Source: an uncultured Deinococcales bacterium
GTDB taxonomy: Bacteria; Deinococcota; Deinococci; Deinococcales; JAAFIG01
NCBI GenBank assembly: GCA_964247135.1
Contig: CAXTTL010000079.1
Location: 1-18,738, forward strand
DNA: 18,738 nt
Direction: 5' to 3'
Shown: in pieces, positions 1-8,437 of the stretch
Numbering within the stretch: the first letter of the stretch is position 1
How the letters are laid out: the number at the start of each line of letters is the position of its first letter
The notes under the pieces: generated by a model
What the model saw: the letters and a program-made list of their open reading frames with translations, nothing else
What the model was told of the DNA's origin: nothing
Databases searched by the model: none
Program-made: the position numbers and the translations under genes

Positions 1-11
1 TGGGCTAAAGA

Positions 12-827
12 TCAAAAGCCGAACTTCATGTCCACGACATCTTGACAATCCAGTTGTGCCATTTTAGGATGTGCGAGATTACTCGGCTCTGGAAGAGGCA
101 ATGACTTCTGAAAGCTTTGCAGCAACTGCTGAAACTCTTTGCCCTGACTCCAACGATGCAATTCAAAGCGCTGAAAACGATTGGCAATCTGCTGGTCAAC
201 GTAAAGAAGACTCATAACATCGCTAGTCCCAATCAAAACAAAAGGAATTCCAAGGAGAATCGAAAGTCGCCTCAGATTCGATAGATAGTAACGTTGCTCT
301 GGCGGTGAACCGTGAATTGGTCCATGTGCTTCATCAAGTGCAAGCATACGAATATTTTTTGATTTCACCAAGGTTTCAATACGCCAGATCAGCACTTCTT
401 CATCATCTCGCGTGTTGTACGCTCCACCGAGCACATGGATCAGGCTCGTTAACAATTTACTGAATTTCGACGATTGCGGCGCAACACATATGAGTACTGA
501 TTCTACTTTTCCGTTGTCTTCTGCCAGACTTTCAGCGAATTTCTCAAGCAACCTTGACTTCCCACTGTTGGTGTCCCCCATCAACGCCAAATGTCGCATT
601 CTCGAGCGTCGCGGTTGATTGTAGAGACTCTTCAATTTTTTTAACCCTCGTGTAGCCTCTGGATACTCAAACCAACGTTCAGCTCTAGCAAATGCTTTCC
701 GTTCGTCTGGAGGAAGAGAAAGCGCTGGAATGACATTTGGATTCAGATGCGAATAATCGACAGGTGGCTTCGGTGCTGAAGTGGGTTTCTTTGATTTTTG
801 GTTGCCTTTTTTCGGGTTTTCCATCAT
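12..827 (-). CDS. tniB: TniB/TnsC-family AAA+ transposition ATPase, apparently lacking the normal C-terminal helical region
   Basis: Walker A GDTNSGKS, Walker B MLALDEAH, QIANRF arginine-finger region and LPLPEPSNL motif typical of TniB. The start overlaps the tnsB stop (ATGA, 824-827). Family-like sequence ends after HPKMAQL. Confidence 0.85.
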   Translation of the reverse strand: MMENPKKGNQKSKKPTSAPKPPVDYSHLNPNVIPALSLPPDERKAFARAERWFEYPEATRGLKKLKSLYNQPRRSRMRHLALMGDTNSGKSRLLEKFAESLAEDNGKVESVLICVAPQSSKFSKLLTSLIHVLGGAYNTRDDEEVLIWRIETLVKSKNIRMLALDEAHGPIHGSPPEQRYYLSNLRRLSILLGIPFVLIGTSDVMSLLYVDQQIANRFQRFELHRWSQGKEFQQLLQSFQKSLPLPEPSNLAHPKMAQLDCQDVVDMKFGF

Positions 828-2851
828 ATTTTCCTCCGTGAATCACGAGACCTAAATGATGAAACTGTGGAAACCTCAATGTGCTCAAATGCTTCCACTT
901 CGTTTTCCCAAACACTCGATCTAAGCACATCTGGTTGTTTTAATTTAGCTTGAGGGGTCATTGGTAACAAACCTTGCTTCTGTTCAAAGTCCATATTGGC
1001 TTTGTTGGTGGCTCGTTTCTGTGCTGCTTTTCGCGTTCGCTTTTTAGAAGTTGTTTGTTGCACGGCTCGTCGCTCAATTTCACGCATGCGTTTCATGCCT
1101 CGAAATACAGCTTCTTCATCGTAAGGTTTTTCTTCGCTTTTTAGACGTTCTTTGAAGGCTCGATAATCCCAAAGTGAAGTGGGCAAGCGACCTGGCGTTG
1201 CAGTTGGAATCGTGTACCACACTTTAGATTTAGGGTCTTGAAAATAAAGAAGGGTGACTTCTCGAGGGTCATTTCGAAAAACCAATTTCTCGGAGGAATC
1301 CGTCTTTCCTTCACGACGAAAGCGCCTCAACACATCGTGATAAAAATAAATGTTTTCAAAACGCACTCCCTTGCTTTGAATGGTACGTTTTATAAAGGGT
1401 AAGAAATTCAGGCGTAGGGTCATTGCCTCTTCTGGAAGAACGCGGTTGGGCACACCTCGAGGTAGTGTTGACTTGGCAATGAGAAGTTCGGTTTTAACGG
1501 GTTTACCCAGCAAAGCTCCCTCGAACACCTTAAGTGGTGACGCCCCTAAACCTTCATGCTTTGCATTGTGATAGACCTCAACGATATAAGTCACCAACCA
1601 TTCTTCCAAATCAGATAAGGTAAGTGCAGCTTGCTTCTCGGCGTTCTGTCCGCCAATCTTGCGGGAATCATTGTTCTTCGTGCCACCACGGACATCGGTC
1701 AGATATGATTTTAAAGTACGAGCATAACGCTCAATATGTCCACCATATTGTGGTTTTCTGACTGGGCGGAAACGCAATTCAATTCGGTAATCTTTACAAG
1801 CCTGAGTCAGCATTTCACCATGAAATTCGTTGGCGTTATCAACATGAAGTATTTCAGGTCTACCCCAGCATGGCCATCGTCCTCGAACACCAAATCGTTG
1901 TATCAGGCTTTCTTTTGGTAACATAGCGTTGATTAAACAAGTCCCAACAGCAAAAGCACTAGGTTTTTCAAAATCCAGAGAATATCCCAGAATCATTCGA
2001 CTGAACGTCTCAATAGCAAGAGTGACCCATGGTCTACCCACAGGCAATCCATCGTCATCAACCACTTCAATATTCAAAAGCAAGTGGTCCATTTGAACCA
2101 CAGCCCAAGGATACTCTGCTCCAAGCAGCGACCCTTTCACTGTATCAAATTTAAGTGCAGCATTGGCACCCTCACGCACTTTGGTGCGATCATACAAACT
2201 CACCTCAAGAGACCGACGACGAACCGTGTACCGACTTGGTGCAGGAAGTTGAGCGGTCTCGCATTTTTCTTTGATTTCTTGATTTAAAGCTCGCATTGAA
2301 GCTCCATTTTCCTTCAAATACACTTGCCGAATCGCAGCCGTAACAATGGCTTCAACGGCTGGATCAATACGTTTCGTGATCGGCAAACGATATGCCTTCA
2401 TAGGAAGCAACGAAGATAGGTCTGGATCACGTTCATAGGTTGTTAACCAGCGATACAACGTTGTGAAATGGACTCCAATTTCATCTGCCCTATCCTTGAC
2501 AATTTGACTTCGTTGACGTCCTGCCTTCAAAAGTGGTTCAATTGCTGCAAAACGTGATTTTGCGAGCGTCCAGTCTTCAGGCGTAACCTCCCCTGTACGA
2601 ACAACTGTGCCACTGGACTTGGTTGAAGAGTCACCAGCCTCTTCTGGAATTTGACCCAGCTTTTTTCGCGACAATTTAGAATCTGTGGCAATCTCGAGAG
2701 CGGCGATAGATACTTGTTCAATGGCTTTTGTTTCAAGATCTGAAACCATCACGTCTTCCACACTGGCAAAAGCAATAATTTTCACCAAACGATTTTGAAG
2801 TCGCGCAGAATCGCCAATCTTCCACCAGATACTTGATGCTGGAATGCTCAT
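824..2851 (-). CDS. tnsB: TnsB/TniA-family DDE transposase (Mu-like C-terminal domain)
   Basis: HTH (GVHFTTLYRW), catalytic core VQMDH...LHVDNANEF...GHIER, YHNAKH motif. Start placed at ATG 2851 because it overlaps the tnsA stop (ATGA, 2848-2851). Confidence 0.92.
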   Translation of the reverse strand: MSIPASSIWWKIGDSARLQNRLVKIIAFASVEDVMVSDLETKAIEQVSIAALEIATDSKLSRKKLGQIPEEAGDSSTKSSGTVVRTGEVTPEDWTLAKSRFAAIEPLLKAGRQRSQIVKDRADEIGVHFTTLYRWLTTYERDPDLSSLLPMKAYRLPITKRIDPAVEAIVTAAIRQVYLKENGASMRALNQEIKEKCETAQLPAPSRYTVRRRSLEVSLYDRTKVREGANAALKFDTVKGSLLGAEYPWAVVQMDHLLLNIEVVDDDGLPVGRPWVTLAIETFSRMILGYSLDFEKPSAFAVGTCLINAMLPKESLIQRFGVRGRWPCWGRPEILHVDNANEFHGEMLTQACKDYRIELRFRPVRKPQYGGHIERYARTLKSYLTDVRGGTKNNDSRKIGGQNAEKQAALTLSDLEEWLVTYIVEVYHNAKHEGLGASPLKVFEGALLGKPVKTELLIAKSTLPRGVPNRVLPEEAMTLRLNFLPFIKRTIQSKGVRFENIYFYHDVLRRFRREGKTDSSEKLVFRNDPREVTLLYFQDPKSKVWYTIPTATPGRLPTSLWDYRAFKERLKSEEKPYDEEAVFRGMKRMREIERRAVQQTTSKKRTRKAAQKRATNKANMDFEQKQGLLPMTPQAKLKQPDVLRSSVWENEVEAFEHIEVSTVSSFRSRDSRRKI

Positions 2852-3498
2852 CTCGGCACCGATACTCGAGATGCCATTGAAAAAGGTTGATCCAAATCGA
2901 TGGTCACTACCAGTTTTGCAATCAATACCCAAAGTTCTGTGATCGCTTGACCTTGTGGCACGTCAGTGCGCTCAATGGCATTCAGCCACGTTTGAAGACT
3001 TATTGGTTGAGTATTAGGGTTCAAATCACGCAACACTTTGAGTATTTTCTGTCTTATTTCTGGATTTGATTTATGATCTTGGAACGCTCTCAGAAAGGAT
3101 AAATTTGAGAATCGGGGTGTGCGGATGAATGATTCCGTTACCACACGAAACTTCCATTTGTGTTCACGCGCATAGTTCGCTCCAGCAATCAAAGTACGCG
3201 CGATTTCATCACGTTTCTTACGAAGCATCTCAAGGGGTTTAACTTCGAATAAACATGGTATTCGAGCGTCTTTATAAGTTACCAAAGCATCTGGAGTGTA
3301 ATGCCTTAGCTTTCCTTGGTCATCATAATATTCAATAACCAAGGGCTGCCCACTAACCGATTTGATCTGAGGATCGAAACTGAGCAACAAATAAAAATCA
3401 CGTTCAAGTAGGGACTCATATTCGACAAATGAGTTCCCTCCACTTGGCACGACTCCAGTGACTCGTACCGCACTCGGTGTCACCTGTCGAACTGACAT
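2848..3498 (-). CDS. tnsA: TnsA-like endonuclease subunit of a heteromeric transposase
   Basis: YESLLERDF, QP, YTPDALV, FEVKP and F-x-V-x-TE motifs of the TnsA N-terminal PD-(D/E)xK domain. Start MSVRQV at 3498 lies just inside the transposon end repeats. Confidence 0.9.
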   Translation of the reverse strand: MSVRQVTPSAVRVTGVVPSGGNSFVEYESLLERDFYLLLSFDPQIKSVSGQPLVIEYYDDQGKLRHYTPDALVTYKDARIPCLFEVKPLEMLRKKRDEIARTLIAGANYAREHKWKFRVVTESFIRTPRFSNLSFLRAFQDHKSNPEIRQKILKVLRDLNPNTQPISLQTWLNAIERTDVPQGQAITELWVLIAKLVVTIDLDQPFSMASRVSVPR

Positions 3499-3539
3499 AA
3501 ACGGGATATTAGCAGAACGATTTAGGCTTGTGCAATTTG

Positions 3540-3661
3540 TTAGCATAAAGAGTGCAACAGTTGTAATCTGTTAGCACGATGACTGCAACGATTAGCGAGA
3601 CGAATGCAACCCTTTTATCCGAATTTTGCCTTCGGTTAGCGTTGGCGACTGGAACTTCACA
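3540..3661 (-). repeat. Transposon end: four putative TnsB-binding sites plus terminal TGT
   Basis: Plus-strand TTAGC-N8-TGCAAC at 3540-3558, 3571-3589 and 3592-3610. A variant TTAGC-N9-TGGAAC at 3636-3655 is followed by TTCACA ending at 3661 (minus strand 5'-TGTGAAGTTCCAG...). Confidence 0.85.
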
Positions 3662-3663
3662 CC

Positions 3664-3969
3664 TTGACCAAACTTGAGCTTCAAATCTTGCACGGCGAAA
3701 ACCTTGAGCTGCCAGAACTAAATACTGGCTTTCTCGAGCGTTTAAAAGGATTGCAAAGTATTGTTCAAGCTGACGACCTGGACGCCATCAGCCACTTTTT
3801 GCGCTCACTCGAGAGTTGCCCATTGGGTTCACTCGAGCGAGCCATTTCTGAGCGCTGTTACGGACTGGCACTGATTCGGGTGCAACGCGAAGTCGAAGGC
3901 ACATTCGCGCTCGAACGCAGCGACCCGATTCTCGAGCGGCACGATGTTGAATTGTTTGAACTGGAATAA
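3664..3969 (+). pseudogene. Hypothetical protein, probably the 3' remnant of a host gene interrupted by the transposon
   Basis: The ORF begins 2 nt after the transposon terminus with TTG and no RBS or -10. It has host-type CTCGAG usage (4 sites) and ends convergently next to the stop at 3971. Confidence 0.5.
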
Positions 3970-3970
3970 T

Positions 3971-5236
3971 TTAGCTTCGCAACGCCTCAACCTGGCTCAA
4001 CCCCGTAGGCAAGACCAAACCCGAGATTCGTTCTTGGACTTTGTGCGGCACACCATACGCCGCCAGAAGGTCGAGATAAGGCAGGGCATCAAACGCCTCT
4101 GGGCAAAACACACCCGCGCCGCGCCAAGACCCGTTGTGAATCAACTCGAGCGCAATGGCGGGGTTCATGGCGGTCTGCCAGACCACCGCCTGACAGCCGT
4201 ACTCGCGCATGGTCTTGGCATTGTCGACGATGTGATACAAGTACGTCTCTCGAGCCAGACCATCCTTGCCGATGCCCTTGACCCAGGTTCCGGCGCAGGT
4301 TTTGCCGTGCATTCTGTCGCCCAGTTTGGCGGGGTCGGGCAAGGCTGCCGCCACCAAATCCCTGGGGCTGACATCGCTGTTGCCGACCCGAATTTTCTTG
4401 GTCGAATCCAGCCCGAGCTTGTGCAAGGTTTTTAAGACATCGATAAATTCGTCGCCCAAACCGTATTTGAAGGTCACGCGCCCAACATCGATGTGGCGCG
4501 GAATAAACAAGACTTCCTCGTGCTCGACATTCACGCATTGCAACTCGCCAATGCCTTCGGGGAACATGAACATTTCGGGTTCGCTGAACGGCTCGGAGGT
4601 GAACCAACCGCGTTCGCGCTCGAACAAGATCGGGGGGTTGAGGCATTCTTCAATGGTCGTCCAAATGTTAAACGTCGGCGCGAAGGCATAACCCTCAACC
4701 ACCAGATCGCTGCCGTCGCGCACGCCAATCTCATCGATGCTCGAGAACAAATGATCGCTGGCGAAGCGTGCAAAGACATCGCTCAAACCTGGTTCGACAC
4801 CCATGCCCGTGAGTGCCAGAACGCCGCGCTCCTGCCAAGCCTGGTGCTGCGCAAATTGATCGACGCCCAAGGTTACGCCCATTTGGGCATAAGGCTCGGT
4901 TGGGTGCGGTTCGGAGAGATTGCAAGCCGTGTCCAAATACGTGCAACCCGTCTCGAACGCCGCCGCGAAAATCGGTGGGTTAAACAATGGCGCACACAAG
5001 TTCACAATGGCGTCGGCTTTGTACTTTCGCGCCAGACTCGCCACGCTTTCCTGACTGCTGGCATCCACGGTTTCTGCAAAAATACTGACCCCAGCCGTTG
5101 CAGCATGACGTGCCACCGCCTGGGCTTTCTCGAGATTCACATCCGCCACAATCAGCGTGCCGGCAAAATTTCTTCGCGCCACAATCGCGGCGAACGCACC
5201 ACCAACACCACCTGCACCAATCAATAAAATACGCAT
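3971..5236 (-). CDS. Saccharopine dehydrogenase family oxidoreductase (carboxynorspermidine dehydrogenase-like; possibly polyamine metabolism)
   Basis: N-terminal Rossmann motif ILLIGAGGVG, YLDTA, GMGVEPG, VEHEEV and C-terminal GVFCPEAFD. Shine-Dalgarno GAGGAGG at 5245-5251. Confidence 0.88.
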   Translation of the reverse strand: MRILLIGAGGVGGAFAAIVARRNFAGTLIVADVNLEKAQAVARHAATAGVSIFAETVDASSQESVASLARKYKADAIVNLCAPLFNPPIFAAAFETGCTYLDTACNLSEPHPTEPYAQMGVTLGVDQFAQHQAWQERGVLALTGMGVEPGLSDVFARFASDHLFSSIDEIGVRDGSDLVVEGYAFAPTFNIWTTIEECLNPPILFERERGWFTSEPFSEPEMFMFPEGIGELQCVNVEHEEVLFIPRHIDVGRVTFKYGLGDEFIDVLKTLHKLGLDSTKKIRVGNSDVSPRDLVAAALPDPAKLGDRMHGKTCAGTWVKGIGKDGLARETYLYHIVDNAKTMREYGCQAVVWQTAMNPAIALELIHNGSWRGAGVFCPEAFDALPYLDLLAAYGVPHKVQERISGLVLPTGLSQVEALRS

Positions 5237-5265
5237 TTAAACACCCTCCTCGAGTGTGAACATTT

Positions 5266-5425
5266 GCCGCTTCTTGGTTCTAAAGCAGCACCTTCTTGCT
5301 CATAGAGATAGCACCTGGCGGGCTACTCGCGCTTCTTGGTTCCAAGACGCACCTTCTTGACCCCAAAGATGCACCTGACGGGCTTGGGTCGCTTCGGGCG
5401 GAACCGCTGACGGGCTTGAACCGCT
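5266..5425 (-). repeat. Tandem ~60-nt imperfect repeats with hairpin potential in the 5' leader; candidate cis-regulatory element
   Basis: Units 5269-5324 and 5331-5384 align (sense GCCCGYCAGGTGC-N11/12-CAAGAAGGTGC-N10/11-CAAGAAGCG). A partial third copy lies at 5391-5425. Confidence 0.75.
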
Positions 5426-5639
5426 CGACCTTGTGAGGAACGGCTGAACTACAAAACGTAGCTCGAGTTGTGGAACATGACAGGCTCGAGGTTAATGTTT
5501 CTCGAGGGATTCTGCTGTTCGGTTTTTTGCAAGCCTAAAAACAAGGTTGAAAGCTTGCGGTTTTTCACTTCCCTTCAATTGCTGTTTCTTCCGAAATTTA
5601 TTGCGCCTAAATCAACGGTTTCACTGCAAAAGTATCTAA

Positions 5640-5669
5640 AGCTTAAACCATCAGGCTAAATACTGTCAA
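5640..5669 (-). promoter_or_regulatory. Possible sigma70-type promoter for the oxidoreductase and its leader
   Basis: Minus strand TTGACA-N18-TAAGCT in an AT-rich intergenic region. Confidence 0.35.
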
Positions 5670-5952
5670 ATACAGCTTACAATGAATTTAATGATTGTTA
5701 AAAATTGACAATCGAGAATTGATTTCTGGGTTTTAAACGCGAAAACAGTTTTAAACTCGAGCTTAACGGCAGCAATCAACTTGAGGCAAGTTGAAGTTTT
5801 TCAAAGATTTAAACAATTGAAAGAGCGAATTTAATCAAAACTTAAATGTTCGCAACCTCGAGATTCTGCAAAACCCGAGAGCCGAAGTCCAAGTTTTTGG
5901 CTGAGCATTGTTCGAGATGAGATTAACTTACCTTCAGAGCTACAATTGTCAG

Positions 5953-6477
5953 ATGACCTCACTTTCACTTCAAACAAAAGCTGTCAACATCGCCTATGGC
6001 GGCATGAATGCTACTGATCTGCTCGAGACATTAAAAGCAAATCGGGTTCAACTCAACGCCTCGGCAGTGGTAGTTTTTGAACATCCAAACTTTGTGACTT
6101 CAACACATTCAAATCAACTCGAGGTCGTGCAGGTTTCTGTTGCAGACCTCGGGTTTGTCAATGGGGCAACAACACAAGACATTTACGCAAAAGCTGGCAC
6201 GCATGGCTTGAGGCTGTGTCCAATTGAATTTGCGGCGTACTACCGACTTGCGTACCTCGAGCAACCCGAAGGTTCGATTGGTTTTGCCCCAACCAAGCAT
6301 TGCGCTCCGTCAGGTTCGGTGACGGTCGCTTCCAAAGCGATTTCCGAAGATGACACCGTGCCAAAAGGTTTTTACTTGCGTCGTATCGAAAATGTGCTTT
6401 GGCTTCGAGGCTATCATTGTGACGCCAAGCACCTGTGGAGTCCACAGGATGTTTTCGCATTTGCTATGACTGCATAG
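5953..6477 (+). CDS. Conserved-looking hypothetical protein, probably leaderless
   Basis: Clean ORF (GLRLCPIE, PKGFYLRRI..WLRGY). TACAAT at 5941-5946 lies 6 nt before ATG 5953. Confidence 0.75.
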   Translation: MTSLSLQTKAVNIAYGGMNATDLLETLKANRVQLNASAVVVFEHPNFVTSTHSNQLEVVQVSVADLGFVNGATTQDIYAKAGTHGLRLCPIEFAAYYRLAYLEQPEGSIGFAPTKHCAPSGSVTVASKAISEDDTVPKGFYLRRIENVLWLRGYHCDAKHLWSPQDVFAFAMTA

Positions 6478-6610
6478 TTGAAATTTGAGGTTAATAAACT
6501 CAAGTTGCTCGAGACTGACTTTTCACACTGAGCAATCAAAAACCTTGTGTCTCTCGAGCCGTAACCAAACCCCTGAAGCCTCAAATTGCTATCGAGGCTA
6601 TACTTTCACC

Positions 6611-7582
6611 ATGAAATCAATGGAACGCGCCCTGGTGCTCGAGACAGTCCACCTGACCGAACAAGCCGCCCTCGCCGCCAGCCACACCATCGGTAAGGGC
6701 GACAAACACGCGGTCGATCAGGCTGGCACCGAAGCCATGCGCCGCGTCCTGAACGAATTGCCAATCTCTGGGCGGGTGGTCATCGGCGAGGGCGAAATGG
6801 ACGAAGCCCCGATGCTCTACATCGGCGAAAAACTGGGTGCAGGTGGTCTCGAGGTGGACATCGCGGTCGATCCCGTGGAGGGCACGAACGCCTGCGCTCG
6901 AGGTCTTGCCAATTCGATAGCGGTGATTGCGCTCTCCGAAAAGGGAGGGCTTTTGGGTGCGCCGGACATGTACATGGAAAAACTGGTGGTTGGTCCTCCG
7001 GCGGCGGGCAAGGTCAGTTTGGATTGGTCGGTTGAAGCCAACCTCAAAGCCGTCGCCAAGAGCCTCGAGCGTTCGGTGGAAGATGTGGTCGTGGTCGTGC
7101 TTGACCGCCCACGGCACGAGAATCTCATCAAAGAAATCAGGCTCTGCGGCGCTCGAGTCAAGCTGATTGGTGATGGCGATGTGATCGCCAGCCTCGCCGT
7201 GGCGGTGCGCGGTACGGGCGTGCATGTGCTGATGGGTTCGGGTGGTGCGCCCGAAGGCGTGCTTTCGGCGGCGGCAATCAAGTGTCTGGGCGCGGAGTTT
7301 CAAGGAAAATTTCTGCCAGCCGACAATGCCGAACTCGAGCGTTGCAAATCCATGAACGTTGACCCAAACCGTATTTACTCCACCAACGACCTTGCCCCAG
7401 GCGAGAACATTGTCTTTGCCGCGACGGGCATCACCGATGGAGAGTTGCTCGAGGGCGTGCGGCGTTTTGGTGACGGCGCTCGAACCAGGTCGGTTGCGAT
7501 GGGTTTTCAAACCAGGGTCGTGCGCTTTATTGACACGGTGCATTTGCTGGGCGAGGGCGCTCGGGTGACCGTGCGCGTGTAA
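6611..7582 (+). CDS. glpX: Class II fructose-1,6-bisphosphatase
   Basis: [47 protein letters not shown] and ATGITDG motifs. TATACT (6599-6604) lies 6 nt before ATG 6611. Confidence 0.96.
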   Translation: MKSMERALVLETVHLTEQAALAASHTIGKGDKHAVDQAGTEAMRRVLNELPISGRVVIGEGEMDEAPMLYIGEKLGAGGLEVDIAVDPVEGTNACARGLANSIAVIALSEKGGLLGAPDMYMEKLVVGPPAAGKVSLDWSVEANLKAVAKSLERSVEDVVVVVLDRPRHENLIKEIRLCGARVKLIGDGDVIASLAVAVRGTGVHVLMGSGGAPEGVLSAAAIKCLGAEFQGKFLPADNAELERCKSMNVDPNRIYSTNDLAPGENIVFAATGITDGELLEGVRRFGDGARTRSVAMGFQTRVVRFIDTVHLLGEGARVTVRV

Positions 7583-7590
7583 AATGCTTT

Positions 7591-8418
7591 ATGGCGCATT
7601 CGCATGTCAAATTTGGTCTGGCGTTGGGCGGCGGTGGCGCTCGAGGTTATGCGCATATTGGGGTCATGCGGGTACTCGAGCAGGAAGGTTTAAAACCCAG
7701 TTTGATTGCTGGGACAAGCATGGGTGGGTTGCTCGGGGCGTTGTTTGCGGCGGGTTGCTCGAGTGATGCGGTCGAAAAAATCGTGCATGGGGCTTCTTTG
7801 GGGCGACTGCTCGATTTGAATCCGTTGAAGGACATGTTGCGCCTGAGCGAGCTGAAAAGAATTTTAAGCAATCACCTGCCCAAAACCTTCGAGGAATTGC
7901 CGACGCGTTTTTGTTTGACCGCCACGGATTTGATCACGGGTCGCGGCGTGTACCTGTACCAGGGCGACTTGCTCGAGGCGGTCGGGTGTACCATCGCTTT
8001 TCCTGGGGCAATCGACGCCACTTGGGTCGGTGAAAAACTGCTTGCCGATGGCGGTATGCTCAATCAGGTGCCGGTGGATGCCGTCAGTTTTCTGGGGACA
8101 AGTCGGGTGCTGGCGGTCGATGTCACACCGCTCGCGCCGCTCGAGTCGAGCCTGGAGGAGAAACCGATTCGTTGGTGGGAGCATTTGCTTGGACGTGACC
8201 GCACCATGACCCCGATGCAGACCATGCTGCGTTCAATCGAGATCATGCAGTTTCAGATGACCGAAACGCGGCTTGCCATGTTTCCCCCCGATTTCATTTT
8301 GCGCCCCAAAATGGAAGGCATCGGGATTTACCATTTCAACCGCGAGAAGGACGCCATCAAGGCGGGCGAAGAGGTTGCCAGGTCGCAACTCGAGCAGCTC
8401 AAAAGCAAATTCAAGTGA
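7591..8418 (+). CDS. Patatin-like phospholipase (RssA-like)
   Basis: GGGGARG oxyanion loop, GTSMG nucleophile motif and DGG catalytic aspartate motif. Confidence 0.93.
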   Translation: MAHSHVKFGLALGGGGARGYAHIGVMRVLEQEGLKPSLIAGTSMGGLLGALFAAGCSSDAVEKIVHGASLGRLLDLNPLKDMLRLSELKRILSNHLPKTFEELPTRFCLTATDLITGRGVYLYQGDLLEAVGCTIAFPGAIDATWVGEKLLADGGMLNQVPVDAVSFLGTSRVLAVDVTPLAPLESSLEEKPIRWWEHLLGRDRTMTPMQTMLRSIEIMQFQMTETRLAMFPPDFILRPKMEGIGIYHFNREKDAIKAGEEVARSQLEQLKSKFK

Positions 8419-8437
8419 CAGCCGGAGGCGCTGAACC

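Larger units (their letters stand above)
1..3661 (-). mobile_element. Tn7-like transposon, tnsA-proximal part; the rest lies left of the window
   Basis: Coupled tnsA-tnsB-tniB operon, visibly lower GC than the flank, end repeats and a 5'-TGT terminus on the minus strand at 3661. Confidence 0.88.

Noticed and set aside
21-28. GAACTTCA shared with the transposon terminus (3652-3659) as a second end
   Set aside because: It is in the same orientation, only 8 bp long, and has no accompanying GCTAA/TGCAAC repeats. Likely chance.
2852-3546. Upstream ORF-track starts for tnsB (2932) and tnsA (3546)
   Set aside because: 2851 gives the ATGA coupling with tnsA, and 3546 falls inside a TnsB-binding repeat.
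3540-3661. CRISPR-like repeats
   Set aside because: The spacing, the bipartite consensus and the terminal TGT next to tnsA fit transposase-binding sites better.
5266-5425. CRISPR or mini-array serving the transposon
   Set aside because: Conserved blocks are only 9-13 nt with 6-12 nt spacers, the array lies outside the transposon end, and no cas genes are present in the window.
5266-5480. Leader peptide encoded by the repeats
   Set aside because: Indels between units shift the frame, and no frame has a supported start spanning both units. Only tiny ORFs (MFHNSSYVL, MSKKVLL) without RBS are present.
5468-5659. 63-aa ORF in the intergenic region
   Set aside because: TTG start with no initiation signals, atypical composition and no motif.
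3944-7543. Long antisense or alternate-frame ORFs (e.g. 3944-4435, 4493-5227, 6617-7543)
   Set aside because: They are shadows of well-supported genes in GC-rich coding DNA and have no recognisable motifs. The same applies to similar ORFs over the regulator, rsmF and pruA.
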